Shown here: one piece after another, positions 49,801 to 58,912 of the stretch
Numbering within the stretch: the first letter of the stretch is position 1
Layout of the letters: each line of letters begins with the position of its first letter
Source: a bacterium
GTDB taxonomy: Bacteria; Electryoneota; Electryoneia; Electryoneales; Electryoneaceae
DNA length: 64,000 nt
Direction: 5' to 3'
Assembly: GCA_963669175.1 (NCBI GenBank)
Contig: OY769902.1
Coordinates: 2,368,001-2,432,000 of the forward strand
The notes under the pieces: model-generated
Seen by the model: only the letters and a program-made list of their open reading frames with translations
The model's database searches: none
Told to the model about the DNA's origin: nothing
Position numbers and translations under genes: made by a program

Positions 49801-52781
49801 TCTAAGGGTAGGCCAATAATATCATCTCTGAATCGATTCCGCACTTTAGTCCGGATCACGTCCCGGGCACGGCCATGCGTTAACCAATGTGAGATTGCTT
49901 CCTTCAACTCTGACCAAGTCGATTGAGTCAGCAAGACAGGCCGGAATGGCGGTGGATCAATAAACAGGGACGTCACTTGATCAGCAACTTTGAATTCATC
50001 CAGTGACCAGGCATTTGAAGAAACCGGGAAGAATTGGTCATCTATGGCGGCTGCAGCGGACTTCAATGCTTCACATTTGTTCTTGAATTCCAGCAGTGCT
50101 CGTTCAAGACCATCCTGCCAATGTGCAGACCAGTCAGAGAATCTCATACCAAACCAGGGATGATCGTACGGTCCACCACATGCCTTACCGGTTACAGCCA
50201 TACCATCAATACATTCGCGAAGTACGGTCAACTTTTGCCGGTTGAGTGAGTCTCGTAACACCCAGTCAAAAGGTATCCTGGGTACATCCCTCAATCCGAT
50301 CAAACGAGAAACTGCTTGAAATACGGACTCTCCTGTCGTTCGGATAGTGTGCAAGGCGTGCACATAGGTGTTCAACTCTGCACGTTTCTTTTCAAGGCGT
50401 TTGGCTTCTTCTTCCCAAATCTCCTGGCTGAACTGGGTAATAGCGTTTAAAGAGTCCGAAAGCTGACTGATGACTGATTTCTTGTCTGCTTTGTTTGAAT
50501 GAATTTCAAGGCAAAAGTCACCCAGACCGATCTGGTTCAGGCGTCTCTGGACAACGCTTAATGCGGCCATCTTCTCCGAAACGAACAGGACAGTATTCCC
50601 GATTGTCAGCGAGTGTGCGATGATGTTGGTAATCGTCTGAGATTTCCCCGTCCCGGGAGGTCCCTCCAGAACGAAGCTCCGACCTTCAGCTGCTGCAAAC
50701 ACTGCCGCAAGCTGAGAGGAGTCCGACTCAAGCGGGCAAAATGTTTCGGTCGGCTTTCTGTCATCGTCAAGTGTTTCTGGATCGGGAAACTCGCCGTCGG
50801 GATCATAGGCTTCACCTGGATGATTCACAAGATGATCAACGACATTGTTGTGTAGCAGGTCAGCTGATCGTTCTGCAATGTCACGCCACATCAGGAATTT
50901 TGCAAAGGTGAAGAAACCAACTTGGGCTTCTTTTATCACTTCCCAACGATCAATGTCTTTTACCTTCTCTTGGATCGTGCGGAAGATGAGGGGAACATCC
51001 AAACCAGATTCATCCAAGGGAAGAGGGTCCATCCCTGTGATTTCAATTCCGAAATCCTTTTTCAGCAGTTCGAGGAGGGTCACATTGATCCGTGGATCAT
51101 CAGTGATAAGCTGCAGTGTGTATCCCTGTAAAACTGATTCGCGCTTCAACTCGATGGGTAGCAGAAGCAGAGGGGCTTTGCGTGGTGTCTCACTCCCCTC
51201 TGTCTCATACCAGGATAAAAATCCCAGCGCTAGATAAAGTGCGCTCGATCCACCTTCTTCAAGCGCTGTTCGCGCGGACCTGAAGACATCAACGAGACGA
51301 CTCTTTAATTCTCCCTCTGTCAGATCGAAGTGCAGCCTCTTGGCCTGCATCTCCTCCCTAAGAGCCTTGTTAACCGCCTCATCTCCAGTACGTTGGGCGT
51401 GAACGGTTGCTGATCTTGGATCATTTATGCTGAACTCACGTAGTTTTGGTAGCAACGAGAACTTGGCGCCATCCGCCAGCATATCCTCGAGGGTTGGAAG
51501 ATCGGGACAGAGCAGAGAAAGTGTCTTCTTAGTTGGCTTAAAGTTAAGCAACCTGTTGCGAAGAGTGAGGTCAAGTAGTTTCCGTTGCCAACGATCAAGA
51601 CGCGATGCCGCTGTTTCCGTCTCTTCGACTTTACCAGTGAATTCAGTCTGGCTTGGGATGGAAGGGAGTTTCGGAGCTTGGACGCTCTGCGCCTCATTAG
51701 GCTCAGCAGAAGAGGTGGAATCAACTCTTTCTGGCAGTGGACGAACCTGAGACTTTCGTGATCGCCTGATATCAATGACGCACAGATATTTATCAACATC
51801 CTCCAGACATTTTCTTGCTTCTAAGGCAGTATGGTCAAATTCGGGGCTGGGACGTGATGTGGCAAATGTCGGGTCGAATACCACTATCTCGCGCAGATCA
51901 ACTCGCTTTCGTAGACGGATCGGGTCGAAATCAACGGGCTCATCAAAACACGCATCGTTCAGCCATGCTCCAGTAAAAGCATGTCCCTGTACAAGGACTA
52001 CCAGAGCATTCAAGCCTGCCTGTTCAAGGCATCCAGCTGCCAACAACGCTATGTCTAGGCAAGTAGCTCTTCCTGCTTCAGTGATCCGATCAGGGAAGCG
52101 AACTCGCTGCCCCTCCTCCTCAAAGCTTGCTGGTGGATTTGAATAGGTTAATCCCTGTGATCGAATAGCTTCATAAATCGCGGCAACAGTCTTGTAAGCA
52201 TTTTCAGGGTTCTGAGTCTGGTATCCTGTAAGTGAAGGATCCCCCGTCCACTGTTCCAGAATAGATGCCGTCTTTGTAAGGAAGGTGTCAATTGCCGGGT
52301 GATTGGGTAGCACGAAAGCTGCAAGGATTGAAGGAAGTGAACTAAGACCACCCCATTCATCACGTGCCAGCAGGTCTACTGGCTCCGTAGTCTCAAGGAT
52401 TAGCTCCTCACTTGCCTTGATCGCAAAATGAAGAGTGCCATGCATGCGCTCCGTTAGATTCCCAAGAAACTGAGGTGAAAGCTGCAAGTCGATAGTTTGA
52501 ATATTGAAGGTGTCCCCTGCGCCCAATTGCATAAGGTGGGTGGACCAGGGGGAAGCGTACTGCGGATCTGGATTGATAGCAAGAGTGATATCGGTGAGGA
52601 GTTGGTTGGTGTGGTTCGTTACGTGGAGGGATTTAATCACTGGGACATCATTCTGCTGCAAGGCGAAATTGATCTTCCTGTCAAGCTCAACCTCGAGCGA
52701 GACGGGGAAGGAGTCACCCTCAATGTGGATTGCTAGTTCTGAAGTCTCGAAATCATTCCCTAGGACTTGATAGTTGTCCAT
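46821..52781 (-). CDS. DUF4011 - SF1 helicase - Vsr/MTES_1575-like nuclease - DUF3320 protein (Hhe-like anti-phage candidate)
   Basis: DUF4011 WQRKLLDLTLRNRLLNF. Walker A EGPPGTGKSQT, FDEASQ, GDPKQLPP, HYRS, VQGDERD, RLNVAITRAR. Nuclease SPFEEEV...RIDLAV...VECDG..YH...RDRD...GW..HRIWS.DW. N-terminal TCLD...GHA motif. Confidence 0.9.
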   Translation of the reverse strand: MDNYQVLGNDFETSELAIHIEGDSFPVSLEVELDRKINFALQQNDVPVIKSLHVTNHTNQLLTDITLAINPDPQYASPWSTHLMQLGAGDTFNIQTIDLQLSPQFLGNLTERMHGTLHFAIKASEELILETTEPVDLLARDEWGGLSSLPSILAAFVLPNHPAIDTFLTKTASILEQWTGDPSLTGYQTQNPENAYKTVAAIYEAIRSQGLTYSNPPASFEEEGQRVRFPDRITEAGRATCLDIALLAAGCLEQAGLNALVVLVQGHAFTGAWLNDACFDEPVDFDPIRLRKRVDLREIVVFDPTFATSRPSPEFDHTALEARKCLEDVDKYLCVIDIRRSRKSQVRPLPERVDSTSSAEPNEAQSVQAPKLPSIPSQTEFTGKVEETETAASRLDRWQRKLLDLTLRNRLLNFKPTKKTLSLLCPDLPTLEDMLADGAKFSLLPKLREFSINDPRSATVHAQRTGDEAVNKALREEMQAKRLHFDLTEGELKSRLVDVFRSARTALEEGGSSALYLALGFLSWYETEGSETPRKAPLLLLPIELKRESVLQGYTLQLITDDPRINVTLLELLKKDFGIEITGMDPLPLDESGLDVPLIFRTIQEKVKDIDRWEVIKEAQVGFFTFAKFLMWRDIAERSADLLHNNVVDHLVNHPGEAYDPDGEFPDPETLDDDRKPTETFCPLESDSSQLAAVFAAAEGRSFVLEGPPGTGKSQTITNIIAHSLTIGNTVLFVSEKMAALSVVQRRLNQIGLGDFCLEIHSNKADKKSVISQLSDSLNAITQFSQEIWEEEAKRLEKKRAELNTYVHALHTIRTTGESVFQAVSRLIGLRDVPRIPFDWVLRDSLNRQKLTVLRECIDGMAVTGKACGGPYDHPWFGMRFSDWSAHWQDGLERALLEFKNKCEALKSAAAAIDDQFFPVSSNAWSLDEFKVADQVTSLFIDPPPFRPVLLTQSTWSELKEAISHWLTHGRARDVIRTKVRNRFRDDIIGLPLEAHLDQLHQAEDSWALVAWWKRRPIRKALAEVAIDGRKPKKVEIKSLLNDAIEYHREQHLLNSVSVQANEVLGSHWLNGDADWDKVESILCWIDILRSHVHRLAGDDFGQASDLRIKWARILTEGHDQLRAGGGLYNRLKTFNQAWTDFFEARTSLIDLATIIPELAWGDNTATGMIENHLHQTNLWSKSINQLRNWTAWLRKREEAISLDLSMIVEAYESGKIQTSQLRRVFERSYTEWWYNAVVDSESVLRQFSSAEHEQRIQKFREIDDKYEDLTKALIRAKLGEKIPRNSHFDMPTSELGILKREINKRRAHMAVRKLFQSIPGLLPKLKPCLLMSPISVAQYLDSQYPPFDLIVFDEASQIPVWDAIGAIARGKQAVVVGDPKQLPPTNFFNRSDEEDVDEDLNLDAGIESILDECFGAGIPLRTLDWHYRSRHESLITFSNYNYYGNRLFTFPSSDLTGMGVKWIHVPEGVYDKGKSRTNRAEAKAVVCEVIQRLHDEKLSQSSIGIVTFSQAQQKLIEDLLDIERGQDESLEAFFGDSCVEPVFVKNLENVQGDERDVILFSICYGPDLAGNVSMNFGPMNKDGGERRLNVAITRARREVLVFSTLQADQIDLARTQARGVKDLKLFLNYAQRGTSAIAEAVQLDLEADFDSPFEEEVFNELDRRGYQVHKQVGTARYRIDLAVVDPEAPGRYLLGVECDGAMYHRAKTARDRDKLRESVLRGLGWKLHRIWSSDWWNDPQHEMQKLVDAIEQAELSRNDVPKAIQPHANGMRTDNNEATTKHFQCEQNRETTPKAPHLPVYKPVPVNAIVAQPDEFYFDHNRNLIRLKILEVVQQEAPVSLNLTARRVTSFWNFGRVTSKAVEYVHKLIPHNEVYVQKTDSGEFLWNGEASKRNYGDFRVPGKDKLSFRDASDLPVEEIANSILYILHEEISAPKDELIRATAKLFGFQRTGVNVEERIAKAISLLQHQQKVDINDVNIAIGYTD

Positions 52782-52810
52782 TACCTAAGCCTCCATGCGT
52801 CATGTTGGTT

Positions 52811-54122
52811 CAGAACTGTCCGGTTTAACAGATCATTTTTCTTGCTGACGTAGTGTCAGCCATATTCCGTTTTCGTTTTGTTCTTTGAGATTCTTGCCAC
52901 GCATGGTTTATCGGCGTTTGCATCAACGCATGGACAGCCAGGAACACCATCAGCCGATGAGCAGTGATTGCTTGATTGGGTGCTTGTTGCTCGATGATTC
53001 GCACCATCAGGTAGGCGATCATGGCGATCCAGACCTGGATCAACACTGCATTCATGTCGGTTCCCAGGTAGGTCTTGATCTTCAGGTTCTGCTTGATCCA
53101 TTTGAAGAACAGTTCGATCTGCCAACGTTCCCGGTACAGGTCGGCAATCACCAGCGCATCCACATCAAGCAGGTTGGTCAGGAACTCAAGATCGTTGCCG
53201 GTTTCGGGATCGACGAAGCGGATCAGGCGCAACGGTTCGGGGCAGTTAACGCCGCAATCGCCGTCGAGATAACCAATCCAGTCACGTCGAACACCTGCTT
53301 TTCGGTCGCAGTGACGTCGTTCTTCATACCCGAAGCCGATGTTACGCTTGATCCGCGTGACAAAGAAAACACCTTGGTTGCATAACTGGTAGAACCAAGC
53401 GCTATCGAAGTACCCTTTGTCGAACAAGACAGTATCGCCTGGATGGAAGCGGAACTTTCGTCCCTGGGGCATATCGTGGCCTCGCGCGGCGGTCACCCTG
53501 ATGACACTTGGGATGTAGCCATCATGATCGAGCTGGGTGTGCAACTTCATCCCGCCCTTGCGTGTTCTGTATTCAGCCCAGCCGAACAGGGTCTGACACA
53601 AGGGGATCACAGTGCTGTCCAAGCTGAACAGTTTTCCGGGCACATCGAACGTATGACGCGGAAATTGATCCTTGACTGTTGCGAACAGGCTGTAGAACAG
53701 ATCGCGGTAGAACATCCAGGGAACACGAAGATTTGCCTCTGCAAGAGTAGAACGGGGCGTCTGGCGTATTCCACAGCGACGTTGTACAGGTGTCAAAGCT
53801 ACCGTCGCCTGCTCAATCTGGCGGAGCGATGGCAGTCCGGCCAGTTGCGCGAAAAGCATAACCGCGAAGTGCGCGCGGGCCGTCATCTTCCGAACACCTT
53901 TGTTGACCTGATACTGCGTAGCAAGATTATCAAAGAGCACAGGTTCAATCAGGGCAAGCATTTGCCCCAGAACAATGTTACCTTTCGCCATGGCTTGGTC
54001 CTCCGGTCGTGGTGAGAAAACTTGTGCAAAAGCAATCTCAACACACGAACCTCTGGATTCAAGCCATTATTATTTCAAGAGCTCCATGGCTCCATATGCA
54101 AATCACGAACCGGACAGTTCTG
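52811..54122 (-). mobile_element. Complete IS4-family insertion sequence (1312 bp)
   Basis: 15-bp terminal IRs CAGAACTGTCCGGTT (52811-52825) and AACCGGACAGTTCTG (54108-54122). 9-bp target duplication ATGTTGGTT at 52802-52810 and 54123-54131. Confidence 0.95.
52825..53991 (-). CDS. IS4-family DDE transposase (DUF4372 N-terminus)
   Basis: FAQL...SLR.I, RSTLAEAN, LDST, KLH, FDKGY, FFVTR.K, YRERWQIELFFKWIKQNLKIK (YREK motif). Confidence 0.96.
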   Translation of the reverse strand: MAKGNIVLGQMLALIEPVLFDNLATQYQVNKGVRKMTARAHFAVMLFAQLAGLPSLRQIEQATVALTPVQRRCGIRQTPRSTLAEANLRVPWMFYRDLFYSLFATVKDQFPRHTFDVPGKLFSLDSTVIPLCQTLFGWAEYRTRKGGMKLHTQLDHDGYIPSVIRVTAARGHDMPQGRKFRFHPGDTVLFDKGYFDSAWFYQLCNQGVFFVTRIKRNIGFGYEERRHCDRKAGVRRDWIGYLDGDCGVNCPEPLRLIRFVDPETGNDLEFLTNLLDVDALVIADLYRERWQIELFFKWIKQNLKIKTYLGTDMNAVLIQVWIAMIAYLMVRIIEQQAPNQAITAHRLMVFLAVHALMQTPINHAWQESQRTKRKRNMADTTSARKMIC

Positions 54123-54430
54123 ATGTTGGTTACACAATTCTGTCAATGGTGGTTGTCTTTTCTGTATGATATATTTTGATAGCATTATCATACTGAAAAT
54201 ATCTGAGAATTTAAGTACTTGACAGTATATTCAACAATATGGCTTTGCATAATTGTATTCGGTTTTGCTCAATTTGAGAGCTCAAGCAGCTTGGTGAATT
54301 AGGAATATAATTAGATTGCTTTTCTTTCTAGCTGCTCACAACTATTTGTGCAAGATATTAGCTGTCAATACGCTCCCGGAAGTCTTTGGCCTCTGGGTGA
54401 TCTTGACAGCCGAAACGCACCAATCGTCTT

Positions 54431-54451
54431 CACAAATTTTTGTGAGGACCC
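54431..54451 (-). mobile_element. Candidate ISL3-type terminal inverted repeat (partner of 46462-46482)
   Basis: Reverse complement GGGTCCTCACAAAAATTTGTG versus TCTTCCTCGCAAGAATTTATG: 15/18 match in the core. Confidence 0.5.
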
Positions 54452-54742
54452 AGAGTTTTTCGAGAATTATCATATCCACGACTGTTCAAGTACTTATTCT
54501 TTGCATCCTGTAAATTCTTGCATTGTATCCTGCCCATCCTGTGAATCCATCCAAGTTGCACACCTGTAGTGAGAATCCCATTATTGTACTGTTGTCTCAT
54601 CGGTGAGACAAGTTAGTCGCATGCCCGAGACAAAAGATGATACTACCGCCTTCTAACCTATTGTAAAATAGTAAATGAAATTCAGGCACACCTCTTGCCT
54701 TTGTGTGAGGCAAAACAACAAACGAAGGTGGTGGAGGTTGCC

Positions 54743-57700
54743 ATGAAAGTGAATGAACGAGATGTGCTGACCGTGATCGCAGTGATTTTCCTTGCTTTGA
54801 TTGCGGTAGTGTCGAATTCATTGGGCCAGACCAATGTGCAGGTGTTGACTGAGCTGGCGAATGAATACGCGTTACGGGCCAACATGGAACGTGGTCCTGT
54901 ATTTCAGCGACTTCGCAGCGAAACCTCCGGGCCGATGGGGCTGATCAACATGTCTGAGAATGTTGAGCTGGTCGGTGTTGATCAGTATGGCCATCCCATG
55001 GTCCTCGCCACTACCAACCTGAACGCCGCTTACAGTGTTGGCACAAATCGTGTCTGGCCGGGTGGCGGGGCAGGTTTCGATCTTACCGGTTCCGGAACCA
55101 CGGTTAATGATCTTGCTATCTGGGATGCCGGGGCAGTGTTGACTTCACATGTCGAGTTCGGCGGACGTGTGCAGGTATTGGACGGCACAGCCTCAACACA
55201 TGCTCATGCTACCCATGTCGCCGGCACCCTGGTCGCTTCCGGAGTGAACTCTTCCGCCAAAGGCATGAGTTACGAGGCGCAACTGGGATCGTATGACTGG
55301 AATTATGATTCGGCAGAAATGGCTGCTGCGGCTTCCAACGGTTTGAATGTTTCCAACCACTCGTACGGCTATATCACCGGCTGGTATTACAACGGTAACT
55401 GGTACTGGTATGGTGATCCGACTATCTCCCAATCGGAAGACTACCACTTTGGCTTTTACACCTCGTACACACGTGAAGTGGATGAAATTGCCTACAATGC
55501 GCCCTATTACACCATCGTTAAATCCGCAGGCAACGACCGTGGCGATGGCCCAGCCGCCGGTACCGGTCATTATGTCTGGTCGAACGGTAGCTGGACCTGG
55601 AGCACACTGACACGTCCGCTCGATGGCGGCAATGACGGCTACGACTGCATCGGCTGGATCGGAACAGCGAAGAACATTATCACGGTTGGCGCTGTCAATG
55701 ATGTTGCCAACGGGTATAACCAGCCCGGTGATGTCAGCATGTCCTCTTTCAGCGGTTGGGGGCCGACGGATGACGGTCGTATCAAGCCTGATATCGTAGC
55801 GAACGGTGTCGGTCTGTATTCTTCCGTGTCCTACAGCAATTCCTCCTATGCGTCTTACAGTGGCACGTCCATGTCATCCCCGAATGCGGCGGGATCGATC
55901 AACCTCCTGTATCGCTGGTATGAAGAGACCCATGATGGCGAGACACCCCGTGCCAGCACCATCAAGGCGCTGGTGGTTCATACGGCGGATGAAGCCGGAA
56001 ACGCGCCTGGTCCGGATTACATCTACGGTTGGGGTTTGTTGAACACAGATGCTGCAGCGGAAGTAATCGCTGAAGATGCGCAGTATGACGAGAGTATACG
56101 TGAAGCTTCCCTGGCCAACCATGCCACCGATGTTTATCTGCACAGTGTCGAGCAGGATGGACCGGTTACGGTGACCATCTCCTGGACAGACCCGGCGGGC
56201 ATCGTACCGGGCGCTTCCCTGGACCCGACTACACCAAACCTTGTCAACGATCTGGATATCCGCCTGCATCACCTGGCCAGTGGGGAAGAGTATGAACCCT
56301 ATATCCTGAATCCGGCATTACCATCGTCAGCGGCAACAACGGGTGACAATACACGTGACAATGTGGAAAAGATCTACGTAGCCAACGCGCCCGCCGGAAC
56401 CTATGAAATCGAGGTTTCGCACAAGGGCTCATTGGCCGCAACGCCACAGGTGTACAGTCTTGTGGTCAGCGGTCTGGATGAACAGGCGCCCTTCGATCCG
56501 ATAAATGGCTACGTTCAGATTAACGCCAATGTGGATGTGCAACTGGATGAGCTGGTGTTCGATAATAACAACCGTGCCGCGCTGGACGAATCGGCTTCTG
56601 ATGGTTATGACGCCGGGATCGACATTTACGAACCTGGGCATCCGCCGTCAGCTTACGTCAGCGTTTACTTCCCGCATAGCGAATGGAATGCACCCCTTGG
56701 CGACAATTTTATGACTGATATCCGTAATGGATCGCAAAACCTGGGGGAAGAAGTTGAAGTATGGCGTTTCAATGTGGAAACTGATCAGATCGGTCAGACG
56801 ATAGAGCTGGAATTTTCCTGGTCCGACCTGCCCGATACAGTAGGCATCCTGCTGTATGATGTGACCGGTGAAAACTATCAGGATTTGCGTCAAACCAGTA
56901 CCTACAGCTTTACTGCGGCGAACCAGGTACATGTGTTTGATCTACGAGTAGGGGATGCAACCTCGCCGCAGCTCGCCATTACAGCTCCGACCGATGGACA
57001 GGTCTGGACAGCGGGAGAAACGCACGCCATTACCTGGGAAGTGCAGGATCAGACCCCGATCAGGTACGCCCTGGTGGATGTGTCAACCAATGGCGGGACA
57101 AGTTGGACACGTTTGGACAGCCTTGCCGGAACCGTACTGTCACACAACTGGGACACGCCTTATGAATATGTGGAAGAGGGCAGAGTGCGTGTTACGGTGG
57201 AAGACTGGCTGGGTTTTGAGGCGGTGGATGAAGTCGAGTTCTCGCTGGACAATCCCGATGGGCCGGATGTGGTCTTCACCTTCCCGGTTGAGGATGATTC
57301 ACTGATTTTCGAGGAAACCTATACGATTCAGTGGACCTATGACGTCATTCCCGGATCGCAGGTCACTTCCGCAACGCTTTCCTATTCCATCGACAACGGC
57401 GTAAACTGGCAGGTTCTTACAGATGTGCTGACCAGCCAGACAAGTTGGGACTGGACTGTTCCGGCATCCACGCCCACTAACTCCGCACGTCTGCGCATCG
57501 TGGCAACCGATACCGGTGGCAATTCTGGCAGTGGCATCTCTGATCCGTTCTGGCTGTTGTCCAACGATTTCCTCGCCACTTTCGCCGAAGGCTGGCATCT
57601 GTTCAGCCTGCCTCTGATCCCGGAAAACAATTCGGTTGGTGCGGTTATCGGGGATGATATCCAGAATGGGCTGTACATGGCGTACAGCTATTCCAGCGAT

Positions 57701-58873
57701 CAGGGCCATGCAGTCGCCGGACAGTTCGACATGGGACATGGCTACTGGCTGGGATTGGAAAATACCGGCACGGTTACCATCGATGTCACCGGGGACCGGA
57801 TGACAGACAGCACTGTGATTCCGCTGAATCGTTACTGGAACCTGATCGGTCAACCGCTTCCAGCAACGCGCCTGCTCGAGTCGCTCTGGTTCACCGACGG
57901 GCAGGAATGGCTGGCTTTCGATGATGCGGTAATAGATGGCTGGATCAGTTCAACCCTGTATGGCTACAACAACCAGACAGCTTCCTACCAGATCGCTACC
58001 GACCTTGATCCGATGGACGCACGGTGGCTCATGGCGTTGACAGATGGGATCTCGGTCATCACCTATGCCAACCCGCCTGAGAATGATGGGCAGGGCGATG
58101 GGAATGAACTGGATGAGGAAGAGCTGGATGAGCTGGAGAACTGGTTTGTCGGTTTGATCGTGACGCAAGGTGAAGTCAGCAACACTATCGCCGGATTCGG
58201 AGTTGCGGAAGATGCGACCGACGGTTTCGATGGTCAGCATGATGCCCCCGCGCCACCGCTTTCGCCCAATGGACAGGATTTGCGGGTAACCGTGTCGCAT
58301 CCGGAGTGGAATGATCACGCCGGAACATTCTACAGCCGTGATATTCGGGAAGCTTTCAAGAACGGTGAGCAACGCTGGGTATTTACAGTGACAAGCTGGG
58401 CAGCAGGTGAAGTGACTGTTCAGTTTGATGAACTGGCTGAACAGGTTCCCCAGGGATTTTCCGCCACAGCGATGCATGACGGGGGCGAAGTAAACCTGTT
58501 CGAAATGCCGCAGTTGACCTTTGCTGTGGATGGCCCCTACAGCTTTACCGTTAGCGTCTCTGCGCCGGTTAATGATGCTGCTGAGAATAATGCTGGAACC
58601 ATGCCGACCGAGTATGCTATTGAAAGTGTATATCCCAACCCGTTCAACCCGACTACACAAGTTCAGATCGGCTTGCCCGATGCGGCCGAGTTGCAGGTTG
58701 TCGTTTATAACGTGGTAGGGCAGCAGGTAGCGATGCTGGCGAACGGTCGTTATGGCGCTGGCAGTCATATCTTCTCATTCCATGCAGAAGGTTTGCCCTC
58801 AAGCATCTATTTCCTCCATGCCAAAGCGCCCGGAAAGCTTGACCAGGTACGAAAGATTGCACTGGTGCGATAG
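54743..58873 (+). CDS. Secreted S8 subtilisin-like serine protease with Ig-like stalk and T9SS type-A C-terminal domain
   Basis: Catalytic triad AIWDAG, HATHVAGT, SGTSMSSP. KSAGN, DDGRIKPDIVANG. C-terminus YPNPFNP...YNVVGQQV. RBS GGAGG before ATG 54743. Confidence 0.95.
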   Translation: MKVNERDVLTVIAVIFLALIAVVSNSLGQTNVQVLTELANEYALRANMERGPVFQRLRSETSGPMGLINMSENVELVGVDQYGHPMVLATTNLNAAYSVGTNRVWPGGGAGFDLTGSGTTVNDLAIWDAGAVLTSHVEFGGRVQVLDGTASTHAHATHVAGTLVASGVNSSAKGMSYEAQLGSYDWNYDSAEMAAAASNGLNVSNHSYGYITGWYYNGNWYWYGDPTISQSEDYHFGFYTSYTREVDEIAYNAPYYTIVKSAGNDRGDGPAAGTGHYVWSNGSWTWSTLTRPLDGGNDGYDCIGWIGTAKNIITVGAVNDVANGYNQPGDVSMSSFSGWGPTDDGRIKPDIVANGVGLYSSVSYSNSSYASYSGTSMSSPNAAGSINLLYRWYEETHDGETPRASTIKALVVHTADEAGNAPGPDYIYGWGLLNTDAAAEVIAEDAQYDESIREASLANHATDVYLHSVEQDGPVTVTISWTDPAGIVPGASLDPTTPNLVNDLDIRLHHLASGEEYEPYILNPALPSSAATTGDNTRDNVEKIYVANAPAGTYEIEVSHKGSLAATPQVYSLVVSGLDEQAPFDPINGYVQINANVDVQLDELVFDNNNRAALDESASDGYDAGIDIYEPGHPPSAYVSVYFPHSEWNAPLGDNFMTDIRNGSQNLGEEVEVWRFNVETDQIGQTIELEFSWSDLPDTVGILLYDVTGENYQDLRQTSTYSFTAANQVHVFDLRVGDATSPQLAITAPTDGQVWTAGETHAITWEVQDQTPIRYALVDVSTNGGTSWTRLDSLAGTVLSHNWDTPYEYVEEGRVRVTVEDWLGFEAVDEVEFSLDNPDGPDVVFTFPVEDDSLIFEETYTIQWTYDVIPGSQVTSATLSYSIDNGVNWQVLTDVLTSQTSWDWTVPASTPTNSARLRIVATDTGGNSGSGISDPFWLLSNDFLATFAEGWHLFSLPLIPENNSVGAVIGDDIQNGLYMAYSYSSDQGHAVAGQFDMGHGYWLGLENTGTVTIDVTGDRMTDSTVIPLNRYWNLIGQPLPATRLLESLWFTDGQEWLAFDDAVIDGWISSTLYGYNNQTASYQIATDLDPMDARWLMALTDGISVITYANPPENDGQGDGNELDEEELDELENWFVGLIVTQGEVSNTIAGFGVAEDATDGFDGQHDAPAPPLSPNGQDLRVTVSHPEWNDHAGTFYSRDIREAFKNGEQRWVFTVTSWAAGEVTVQFDELAEQVPQGFSATAMHDGGEVNLFEMPQLTFAVDGPYSFTVSVSAPVNDAAENNAGTMPTEYAIESVYPNPFNPTTQVQIGLPDAAELQVVVYNVVGQQVAMLANGRYGAGSHIFSFHAEGLPSSIYFLHAKAPGKLDQVRKIALVR

Positions 58874-58912
58874 ATCAGGCAGGTACAGGTCAACTTTAAA
58901 CTGGAGAACAGC

